Shown here: piece by piece, positions 56,653-64,000 of the stretch
Layout of the letters: each line of letters starts with the position of its first letter
Numbering within the stretch: the stretch's first letter is position 1
Source of the DNA: Candidatus Gastranaerophilales bacterium
GTDB lineage: Bacteria; Cyanobacteriota; Vampirovibrionia; Gastranaerophilales; Gastranaerophilaceae
NCBI GenBank assembly: GCA_944326675.1
Contig: CALVET010000040.1
Span: 10,552-74,551 of the forward strand
Direction: 5' to 3'
Length of the DNA: 64,000 nucleotides
Position numbers and translations under genes: made by a program
The notes under the pieces: generated by a model
Databases searched by the model: none
What the model saw: only the letters and a program-made list of their open reading frames with translations
What the model was told of the DNA's origin: nothing

Positions 56653-58277
56653 TTACTAACATTTTGTAATTTATTTTCCGATTTTTTAATCGCCGCTTGA
56701 ATTAGCCCTCTAAACAAGGGGTGTGGTCTTTGCGGACGTGATTTGAATTCGGGGTGGAATTGGCAGGCAACGAAAAAGTCGCAATTCGGATTTTCGACAA
56801 TTTCTGCCAATAAACCATCCGGGCTTGTTCCTGAAATTACAAGACCGTTTTCGACTAAAAGATTTTTATAATCATTATTAAATTCAAATCTGTGTCTGTG
56901 GCGTTCGTGTATTAATTCTTCATTATATAATTCATAGGCTTTTGTATTTTTTATAATTTTACAAGGATAGCTTCCGAGCCTCATTGTTGCCCCGTAGCCT
57001 GCTATATTTTTTTGCTCTTCCATAAGGTCAACAACTTTGTAGTTTGTGTTTTTGTTGAATTCTGTAGAATTGGCATTTTCAAGACCTGCAACGTTTCTTG
57101 CAAATTCAATAACCGCACATTGCATTCCAAGACATAAGCCTAAATATGGAATATTATTTTCTCTTGCATATTGAATTACTTTTAATTTTCCTTCTATGCC
57201 TCTGACACCAAAACCTCCGGGAACAATTATTCCGTCGATGTTTTCTAAGAGTTTTTCAGTATCTTCCGTGTTGTGTATATCTTCTGATGCAATCCATTTT
57301 ATATTTATTTTTGCATCATTTTCAAATCCTGCATGTTTTAAACTTTCAACAACTGATATATATGCGTCGTTCAGTTCTGTGTATTTTCCGGCAAGTGCTA
57401 TATTAAGCTCTTTTTGCGGATGATTGATTTTCCAAACAAGTTCTTCCCACATTGAAAGATTTGCTTTTCTTTCTTCAAGACCCAAAATTTTGCTTATTTG
57501 TGTAACAATTCCTTGCTGTTCAAGTGATAAAGGTACTTCGTATATTGATTTCATATCTTTGCATTCAATTACGCAATCTTTATTAACAGAACAAAACAGC
57601 GCCAATTTATCTTTTTCATTTTTCCCTACGGGAATTTGCGTTCTTAAAACAAGCATTTCAGGTTGAATTCCATAACTTCTTAATACATTTACGCTATGTT
57701 GAGATGGTTTTGTTTTAAGCTCGCCGGATGTTGGCAGATAGGGAAGAAGAGTAACATGGATTGACATTGAATTTTGCATGCCTATTTCAGAGCGAAACTG
57801 CCTGATTGCTTCAATAAACGGCAAACTTTCAATATCTCCTATAGTACCGCCGATTTCTGCTATTAATATATCGGGGTTATCTTTTTTTGCTGCTTGAATT
57901 AATCTCGATTTGATTTCTCCCGTAATATGAGGAATCATCTGAACGGTTGCTCCGAGATATTCTCCTTTTCTTTCTTTGTTTATAACCGTTTGATAAACAG
58001 AACCCGAGGTAACATTGTTAATTTGAGATAAATTAGTATCGATAAATCTTTCATAATGACCTAAATCAAGGTCTGTTTCAGCGCCGTCTTCGCAAACAAA
58101 AACTTCGCCATGCTGAAAAGGACTCATTGTTCCGGGGTCTACATTTATATAAGGGTCAAATTTTTGTATTGAAACCTTGTAGCCTCTTGAAACTAAAAGC
58201 CTGCCTAAAGAGGCGGCTACAATTCCTTTTCCTAAGGAACTAACTACGCCGCCTGTTATAAAAATATATTTTGTCAT
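56649..58277 (-). CDS. pyrG: CTP synthase
   Basis: [18 protein letters not shown]-terminus and glutaminase block GLCLGMQ...HRHRFEFN. 542 aa. Confidence 0.97.
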   Translation of the reverse strand: MTKYIFITGGVVSSLGKGIVAASLGRLLVSRGYKVSIQKFDPYINVDPGTMSPFQHGEVFVCEDGAETDLDLGHYERFIDTNLSQINNVTSGSVYQTVINKERKGEYLGATVQMIPHITGEIKSRLIQAAKKDNPDILIAEIGGTIGDIESLPFIEAIRQFRSEIGMQNSMSIHVTLLPYLPTSGELKTKPSQHSVNVLRSYGIQPEMLVLRTQIPVGKNEKDKLALFCSVNKDCVIECKDMKSIYEVPLSLEQQGIVTQISKILGLEERKANLSMWEELVWKINHPQKELNIALAGKYTELNDAYISVVESLKHAGFENDAKINIKWIASEDIHNTEDTEKLLENIDGIIVPGGFGVRGIEGKLKVIQYARENNIPYLGLCLGMQCAVIEFARNVAGLENANSTEFNKNTNYKVVDLMEEQKNIAGYGATMRLGSYPCKIIKNTKAYELYNEELIHERHRHRFEFNNDYKNLLVENGLVISGTSPDGLLAEIVENPNCDFFVACQFHPEFKSRPQRPHPLFRGLIQAAIKKSENKLQNVSN

Positions 58278-58285
58278 ATAACCTC

Positions 58286-58567
58286 TTAATTTATTTTCGG
58301 AACTTTGAAATAATCACCCTCAACATCAGGTGCGTTTGCCATAAGTTCTTCTCTTGTATTTTCGTAAATCTTTTTATCTTCACGCATAACGTTAACAAAA
58401 TCTATAGGATGATTCATAGGTTCAACCCCTGTAGTATCAACTTCATTCATTTTTTCAACATGCGCTAAAACATCACCTAATTGGTGTGTAAACATCTCTT
58501 TTTCATCTTCGGTTAATTCTAGTCTTGCTAATTTTGCAACGTGTTCAACATCTTTTTTTGTAATCAT
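58286..58567 (-). CDS. gatC: Asp/Glu-tRNA amidotransferase subunit C
   Basis: [23 protein letters not shown]-terminus. ATG 58567 is preceded by a GAAGGA RBS. The ORF-track TTG start at 58582 lies in that RBS. Confidence 0.9.
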   Translation of the reverse strand: MITKKDVEHVAKLARLELTEDEKEMFTHQLGDVLAHVEKMNEVDTTGVEPMNHPIDFVNVMREDKKIYENTREELMANAPDVEGDYFKVPKIN

Positions 58568-58650
58568 AATTTTTTCCTTCAATTAATAACCTAACAAAAA
58601 TCTTTAGATATTGCAATTTTTTGTTAAGTTATTTTATAATATCTTTAAGT

Positions 58651-59310
58651 ATGGATAAGAAAAGTAATGTTTTAATTGTTGAAGATCATGCCTTGACTTC
58701 TTTTGCACTTAAAACTTCATTAGAAACACAGGATTATACAGGTAATGTTTGGGTTGCTGAAACTCCCCAAATAGCTTTTGATATATGCGAAAAAAATGAA
58801 GTAGATCTTGTTTTAATGGATTTAGGTTTACCTGAATTAAACGGAGTAGAGCTCACAAGACGCTTGAAAGCAAAATACGATAATATTAAGGTTGTAATTT
58901 TAACTTCGCATTGTGAAAAAGATGAAGTTACAGCATGTCTTGAAGCAGGTATATGTGCATATTGCACTAAAGATATAAAGCCTGATAAATTGAATGCCAT
59001 AATAAAAGATGTGCTGGATGGGTCAATGTATTTTGATTCTGCCGTTTCTCGCTATGTTATGCAATCTACAACTAAAAATATCTCAAAATTTGCAAATATT
59101 TCCATAAAAGATTGTTACAATTTGACCCAGCAGGAAAAAAGAGTGTTAATATTATTAGCAACAGGATATAATAATTCTCAAATTGCCCGAGAGTTATCAA
59201 TATCTGTTAACACCACAAAAGTACATGTGTGTTCGATTTTACAAAAAATGAACGTTGAAGATAGGACACAGGCTGCCATTAAAGCAATTAGAGAGAATTT
59301 AATAGTATGA
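58651..59310 (+). CDS. NarL/LuxR-family response regulator
   Basis: VLIVEDH, LVLMDLGLPELNG and C-terminal LTQQEKRVLILLATGYNNSQIARELSISVNTTKVHV. ATG at 58651. Confidence 0.88.
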   Translation: MDKKSNVLIVEDHALTSFALKTSLETQDYTGNVWVAETPQIAFDICEKNEVDLVLMDLGLPELNGVELTRRLKAKYDNIKVVILTSHCEKDEVTACLEAGICAYCTKDIKPDKLNAIIKDVLDGSMYFDSAVSRYVMQSTTKNISKFANISIKDCYNLTQQEKRVLILLATGYNNSQIARELSISVNTTKVHVCSILQKMNVEDRTQAAIKAIRENLIV

Positions 59311-59927
59311 GTTCACTGGGGAGAATTTTAATAATAGACGATAATTCTAAACTTTTAGAAGACGCTCTGCCTATGTATGGTTACGAGGTGAAGGCTGCTT
59401 CAGACGGTCTTTTAGGGCTTAAAATTTTAGATGAAGAAAATGATTTTGATTTAATTTTATTAGATGTTGTTATGCCTAATCTCGACGGATGGGAAACGTT
59501 AAAAGCCATAAGAAAAAATGAAAAAATTGCAAAAATTCCGGTAATAATGTTAACTTCCGTATCTGAAACAAATAAGCAAATTTCCGGTTTAAAATTCGGT
59601 GCAGATGATTATATTGTTAAACCGTTTATTCTTCCGAATTTATTAGCAAGAATTGAAGCGTTATTAAGACGTTCTTTGTGGAATAAAGACACTAAGGAAA
59701 TAAAAGCACTTCCTTTTGTCAATGGTGAAGAAATTTCTCCTTTGACAGCAAGAGAAAAAGAAATACTTTCATTAGTTGCAAAGGGTAGTTCAAATTCTCA
59801 AATAGCCCAGAAGCTTTTTGTAAGAGAAGTTACGGTTAAGACACATCTTAACAGCATTTATAAGAAATTAAATGTAGACAACAGAGTCCAAGCAGTTTTA
59901 TTGGCACAACAGACGCAGATTATTTAA
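59307..59927 (+). CDS. Response regulator with an OmpR-like receiver and a LuxR-type HTH
   Basis: ILIIDDN, LILLDVVMPNLDG, GADDYIVKPFILPNLLARIEALLRR, then LTAREKEILSLVAKGSSNSQIAQKLFVREVTVKTHL. 4-nt overlap with the upstream regulator gene. Confidence 0.88.
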   Translation: MSSLGRILIIDDNSKLLEDALPMYGYEVKAASDGLLGLKILDEENDFDLILLDVVMPNLDGWETLKAIRKNEKIAKIPVIMLTSVSETNKQISGLKFGADDYIVKPFILPNLLARIEALLRRSLWNKDTKEIKALPFVNGEEISPLTAREKEILSLVAKGSSNSQIAQKLFVREVTVKTHLNSIYKKLNVDNRVQAVLLAQQTQII

Positions 59928-59938
59928 AGGGCAGGTAA

Positions 59939-60463
59939 ATGGCACAAGAAAATTTAGTTGATTTAATTTTGAATGATTATGATTCATTTGTGGAATATCA
60001 TAAGGAAAATTCCGATTTAGATATTTCTGAGGCTGATTTTTCACATCAAAATTTTGAAAATGCAGATTTTAGCAATATTGATTTTTCCGGCACCAGCTTT
60101 CAAGAAAGCAATTTAGCAAATATTAATTTTACTGATTGCGACTTAACAAGCGTTGATTTTTCAAGGGCAACCATTTCAGAATGTGATTTTTCGGGTGCAA
60201 TTTTAAACGGCGCAAGTTTTAATTATGCGACTGTTAATTTTTGTAATTTTTCAGACGCCGATATGGCGGGCGCAAATTTTTCGGAAACCGATTTATCGGA
60301 CAGCGACTTATCAACAAGTGATAATTTAGAATCTTGCCGATTTGATGAGTCTACTATATGGCCTGATACGGACAAATTGCCCGAAGATTTCGATTGTACA
60401 TATAACTACGATTTGTCATCTTTAAGAGAGGAAGATGACAACAGTTCAAATGATATGTATTAA
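59939..60463 (+). CDS. Pentapeptide-repeat protein with acidic termini
   Basis: About 20 consecutive A(D/N)LxX-type pentapeptides (ADFSHQNFENADFSNIDFSGTSFQESNLANINFTDCDL...). Confidence 0.85.
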   Translation: MAQENLVDLILNDYDSFVEYHKENSDLDISEADFSHQNFENADFSNIDFSGTSFQESNLANINFTDCDLTSVDFSRATISECDFSGAILNGASFNYATVNFCNFSDADMAGANFSETDLSDSDLSTSDNLESCRFDESTIWPDTDKLPEDFDCTYNYDLSSLREEDDNSSNDMY

Positions 60464-60891
60464 TCGTTATCAATTATTAATTCAAGGCTGTTTGCGCCTA
60501 TTATTCTGGTTTTATCATTTTCTTTATTATATGCGCCTGATTTTATCAGGAAAGTTTTTGTGTCTTCGTAATAAGTTATATTATGACCGCCTTGATATAA
60601 TATAACAATGTCACCTTTAAAAACTTCACAACTTTTAATGTATACGCCTTTTTCGTTATAGAAATCAATGCGCATTGAGCCGTTTTGTACAACAATAATT
60701 TCATCTGTTTTTGTTGTTTCGCTATTAAGATGATTATGGTAATGAGCACCAGTTTTATGACCTTTTTTATGGTATACAATTCCAAATTGAATTTCATTTG
60801 TATCATCCGTAAAAAAAGTTGTTTCTTTTGGGCACATGTCAGCCCTTATGATTTTTGCATAGATAATGTTATTATCTTCAATTAATTTCAT
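60460..60891 (-). CDS. Cupin-fold protein (WbuC/FdtA-like)
   Basis: GIVYHKKGHKTGAHYHN...IVVQNGSMRIDF is a cupin-like His cluster and beta pattern. Abuts panD with no gap. Family assignment is tentative. Confidence 0.5.
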   Translation of the reverse strand: MKLIEDNNIIYAKIIRADMCPKETTFFTDDTNEIQFGIVYHKKGHKTGAHYHNHLNSETTKTDEIIVVQNGSMRIDFYNEKGVYIKSCEVFKGDIVILYQGGHNITYYEDTKTFLIKSGAYNKENDKTRIIGANSLELIIDND

Positions 60892-61245
60892 TTAGACCGT
60901 AATTAATCTATTATTTTCATCCACGTGTGCAATTTTTGGTTCAAAATTTTCTTGTTCTTCAAAAGTCATCATTGCATAAGCTACAATTATGACTTTATCT
61001 TTAACTTGAGCTTTTCTTGCGGCCGCTCCGTTTAGACAAATAATGCCTGAATTTTCTTTGCCTTCTATAACATAGGTTGAAAATCTTTCGCCGTTATTTA
61101 TATTTAAGATTTCAACTTTTTGGTTCTTTTTAATTCCGACTTCTTTTAATAAAGCTTTATCTATAGTAATTGAGCCGACATAATCAAGATTGGCTTCTGT
61201 TACGGTTGCTCTATGTATTTTTGCATATAAAAATTCGCTAATCAT
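60892..61245 (-). CDS. panD: Aspartate 1-decarboxylase
   Basis: [21 protein letters not shown] contains the Gly-Ser self-processing site. 117 aa. Confidence 0.93.
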   Translation of the reverse strand: MISEFLYAKIHRATVTEANLDYVGSITIDKALLKEVGIKKNQKVEILNINNGERFSTYVIEGKENSGIICLNGAAARKAQVKDKVIIVAYAMMTFEEQENFEPKIAHVDENNRLITV

Positions 61246-61290
61246 ATAATTATTTTATCATAAAAAATATTTGCAACTATTTTATTTTAC

Positions 61291-61319
61291 AAAAAAATAA
61301 TGCGGTATTAAAACCGCAT
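61291..61319 (-). terminator. Intrinsic terminator about 45 nt upstream of panD and about 160 nt downstream of the XRE gene
   Basis: On the minus strand: ATGCGGT-tttaat-ACCGCAT followed by TATTTTTTT. Confidence 0.7.
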
Positions 61320-61481
61320 AAGTCAAGAAAGGAATGGTTAGACTATTAACTTTCTTGATTATGACACATAAAAAAATACTAATGCAAATTTATTACTAAA
61401 TTGTTACATATACTATACAATTTGTATATTAAAATTGATTAAAAGCTCGTTAATTCCATAGCTGCGTATTTTAATGTTAGA

Positions 61482-61778
61482 TTAATTTATTCCTCTTTCG
61501 TCTAAGAATTTTTCAACTTCTTTCATAAGTGATTTTCTGATTTCTTTATAGGAATTGTTGTTTGTGATAAAAATTTCGCCAATTCCTGAAATGACATAGT
61601 TGATGTTAATGTTGTATTTAATTAATAATTTATCTAACAGTGATACGCTTGGCAGACATTTTCCTGTTTCAATGTTTGAAATGGCTTGTTTTGTAAGCAT
61701 GAGTTCGTCTGCTAACTCTTTTTGTGATTTGTTAATTAATTTTCTGATTTGTTTTAATCTTGTTCCAATGTTACTCAT
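61482..61778 (-). CDS. XRE-family HTH transcriptional regulator
   Basis: LKQIRKLINKSQKELADELMLTKQAISNIETGKCLPSVSLLDKL is a classic Cro/C1-type HTH. Confidence 0.82.
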   Translation of the reverse strand: MSNIGTRLKQIRKLINKSQKELADELMLTKQAISNIETGKCLPSVSLLDKLLIKYNININYVISGIGEIFITNNNSYKEIRKSLMKEVEKFLDERGIN

Positions 61779-61804
61779 ATTTATTACTTTTTATAAACTA
61801 CTAC

Positions 61805-61850
61805 TTGACAGATGTAAATTGTTCATGTACTCTATTTACATAAATGTCAA
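61805..61850. promoter_or_regulatory. Composite inverted repeat in the divergent XRE/LuxR-like intergenic region
   Basis: TTGACAgATGTAAAT (61805-61819) faces ATTTACATaaaTGTCAA (61834-61850). AAACTACT..TTGACA direct repeats occur at 61797-61810 and 61868-61883. Confidence 0.4.
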
Positions 61851-61891
61851 TTATATTATAACACAATAAACTACTTATTGACAAAATTTGT

Positions 61892-62194
61892 ATGGAATTA
61901 AGAAACATGAATAAAAATTTTCAGGATAGAATTATGTGCGAGCATAGATTTATTGCTAAATGTATTTTTCAAGGGCTAACTATTGCTCAGATTGCAAAGA
62001 AATTAAATTGTTCGGAATCAACTGTTTCAAACAGGTTAAACGGACTTTTTAAAAAATATAAAGCAAAAAATCGTTTTGAGTTTATTATTAGTGTTTTTGG
62101 TCAAATAATCGAAAACCAAAAAGAAATGTACAATAAAGTGCACACAGAAAATCTTAAGTTGAGAAAATCAATTGAGAATTTACTTCAACAATAA
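61892..62194 (+). CDS. Small LuxR/sigma-r4-like HTH protein
   Basis: GLTIAQIAKKLNCSESTVSNRLNGLFKKYKAKNRFEFI follows the LuxR-type HTH pattern. 100 aa with no receiver or ligand domain. Confidence 0.55.
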   Translation: MELRNMNKNFQDRIMCEHRFIAKCIFQGLTIAQIAKKLNCSESTVSNRLNGLFKKYKAKNRFEFIISVFGQIIENQKEMYNKVHTENLKLRKSIENLLQQ

Positions 62195-62248
62195 AATTTA
62201 AACAAATTACTATATTTTTACTTTTTAACTCTCTACTTATTCGATTTC

Positions 62249-62274
62249 AGACCCGATTGACGGGTCTTTTTTTT
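62249..62274 (+). terminator. Intrinsic terminator of the LuxR-like gene, abutting the glgA stop
   Basis: AGACCCG-attga-CGGGTCT followed by TTTTTTTT. Confidence 0.8.
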
Positions 62275-63730
62275 AAAAATTCTTTTTGTTTAGAACATCT
62301 AAATATAAAAATTTATATTTTTGAGCGGAGTCTTCCCAAGAAAATTTTGTATTTATGCAGTTTTTGATGATATTTTTAAAATCTTCTTTTCTGTCGTAAT
62401 ATGTCCAAATTGCGTTTTTAATTTCATTTAACATAGATTGGGCGTCATAAGCCAAAAATTTAAATCCTGTTGCTTTATCGTTAGGATAAGCAACAACAGT
62501 ATCATCTAGACCGCCTACTGCTCTTACAATAGGAACTGAACCGTATTTCATTGCTATCATTTGTGAAATTCCACAAGGTTCAAATAAGCTCGGCATTAAG
62601 AATAAATCTGAAGCTTTATATATTTTTTCAGATAACTCAGGTTTAAAATCTATCCATGCTCTTATATTTGATGAATTGTTGGATGCCCAAATAAGCATGT
62701 TTTGATAGCCATCTTCTCCTGTTCCTAAAAATACAAAGTCTGCAGGTTGATTCATTAAATCAAATTTGCAAAAATCTATTAAATCAAGCCCTTTTTGATA
62801 TACAAGTCTTGAAATCATTGCTACAAGAGGGCGATTGGGATTTATAGGTAAACCGAAAGCTTTTTGAATTTCTGCTTTAAATTTTGGTTTTTCTTTAATA
62901 TTAAAAGGTTTTTTGTCGTAATTTGTACCGTTTAATATTCCGCAAAGTTTATATGTTTGACCTCTTAGCGTATAATCCATGCCTTCGCCAAAATCAGAGC
63001 TTAAAATTTCTTGAGCATATCTCGGTGACACTGTTGTGATTTTATCAGCACAATATAAAGCGCCTTTTAACCAATTAACTTTGCCGAAATGTTCAAGACA
63101 GTTGTCTTTATATACGTTATCCCACCTCATATTTGCAAAATCGATAATTGATTTATCACATGTGCCTTGATAAGCAAGGTTGTGTATTGTAAAGACTGAT
63201 TTTGTATCTTTATAAAATTCATCATATTTATAATTAGATTTTAAATATACAGGCAGCATTGCGGTGTGCCAATCATTTGCGTGGATTATGTCGGGCTTAA
63301 AATTTAATAGCTTTGCATATTCCAATGTAGCAAGACAAAAAGCCACATATCTTTGCATTTCATACATTTCATCACACCATTTTGGATATACCACATTGAA
63401 GCATGAAAAATATTTTGGGTTATCAACAAAAAATACTTTAACTTTTGTTTTGGGTATTTCTGTCATTTTTAGTTTAAAAATGTGTCTTGAATGACCCATG
63501 TCGATTGTTAAATCTGAATTTTCCAATTCTTTTATATTATATTTTTCCTGATTAATTGAGCCATAAAGCGGGGTAAAAATTGCACATTCTACATCTTGTT
63601 TATCTAAATATAGCGGTAGTTCTCCTACAACATCAGCTAAACCGCCCACTTTTGAATATGGCGCAACTTCTGCTGAAGCAAATAATACCCTTAGTTCTCT
63701 TTTTTGTTTTTTAAATTTTTCAAGTTTCAT
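62273..63730 (-). CDS. glgA: Glycogen synthase
   Basis: VLFASAEVAPYSKVGGLADVVG N-terminal motif and the C-terminal GT-B block EPCGISQM. 485 aa. Confidence 0.95.
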   Translation of the reverse strand: MKLEKFKKQKRELRVLFASAEVAPYSKVGGLADVVGELPLYLDKQDVECAIFTPLYGSINQEKYNIKELENSDLTIDMGHSRHIFKLKMTEIPKTKVKVFFVDNPKYFSCFNVVYPKWCDEMYEMQRYVAFCLATLEYAKLLNFKPDIIHANDWHTAMLPVYLKSNYKYDEFYKDTKSVFTIHNLAYQGTCDKSIIDFANMRWDNVYKDNCLEHFGKVNWLKGALYCADKITTVSPRYAQEILSSDFGEGMDYTLRGQTYKLCGILNGTNYDKKPFNIKEKPKFKAEIQKAFGLPINPNRPLVAMISRLVYQKGLDLIDFCKFDLMNQPADFVFLGTGEDGYQNMLIWASNNSSNIRAWIDFKPELSEKIYKASDLFLMPSLFEPCGISQMIAMKYGSVPIVRAVGGLDDTVVAYPNDKATGFKFLAYDAQSMLNEIKNAIWTYYDRKEDFKNIIKNCINTKFSWEDSAQKYKFLYLDVLNKKNF

Positions 63731-63753
63731 TTTATTCTATCCTTTAATTATTT

Positions 63754-64000
63754 TTAAAATATTGATAAGATTTTTAACGCTTCTTTGATTAATTCTTGAG
63801 CGTCATCTTTTTTAAGCCCGCTTATTGCCGTTTCAAGGGCTGATTGATATTCGTTTTTGTCATATCCAAGTGACTGTAAAACAGTTGCTGCTTGGGTTAT
63901 TGTTTCGTTTGAAATATTTCCAAAGGTTGATTTTGATGAAATCATTTCTGCGGTTATGTCCATTTTGGTTAATTTGTCTTTAATTTCAAGAACTATTTTT
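63754..64000 (-). CDS. ruvA: Holliday junction helicase subunit RuvA (C-terminal part; 5' end outside window)
   Basis: The reading frame stays open to the window edge (KIVLEIKDKLTKMDIT...). Domain III-like EAATVLQSLGYDKNEYQSALE is present. Confidence 0.75.
   Translation of the reverse strand, partial: KIVLEIKDKLTKMDITAEMISSKSTFGNISNETITQAATVLQSLGYDKNEYQSALETAISGLKKDDAQELIKEALKILSIF

Noticed and set aside
1-64000. CRISPR arrays, rRNA or tRNA genes, IS elements, integrases and prophage or defence islands.
   Set aside because: No regularly spaced repeats, no GC-rich cloverleaf-sized intergenic segments, and no transposase, integrase or recombinase-like ORFs were seen. Essentially all long ORFs are housekeeping genes or ORFans.

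Overview
Visibly AT-rich, gene-dense chromosomal segment of about 65 genes with almost no non-coding DNA. Most genes are housekeeping: secA (5' truncated by the window), dxr, hemW, etfBA, mtnP, a 4-subunit 2-oxoacid:ferredoxin oxidoreductase translationally coupled to fabH-fabF, ribF, rel, aspS, metK, rny-ymdB, fba, rpiB, clpC, pyrG, gatC, panD, glgA and ruvA (3' part only). I found no rRNA, tRNA, CRISPR array, transposase, integrase or prophage block. A very RpaB/Ycf27-like response regulator, in an otherwise fermentative and non-photosynthetic gene set (Etf, OFOR, no photosystem genes), suggests a Melainabacteria/Vampirovibrionia-like lineage. That placement is inference only. Observations worth a second look: (1) a membrane pyrophosphatase homologue in which nearly all catalytic Asp residues appear substituted; (2) a paralogous ORFan membrane-protein family present as a translationally coupled split pair (25614-27721) and as an apparently fused two-module gene (39450-40844), with a shared N-terminal signature also seen in a 66-aa ORF next to a pilin gene; (3) a 650-bp non-coding island after clpC, bounded by a 23-bp direct repeat and containing an orphan intrinsic terminator (sRNA candidate); (4) an M24B aminopeptidase interrupted by an in-frame TAG; (5) rny, whose membrane anchor is encoded upstream of the first canonical start codon; (6) an operon pairing a receiver-less wHTH protein with a kinase and a stand-alone receiver; (7) HLR1-like 10-bp-phased TTTACA repeats in several intergenic regions. 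All alignments were done by eye and no database search was possible.
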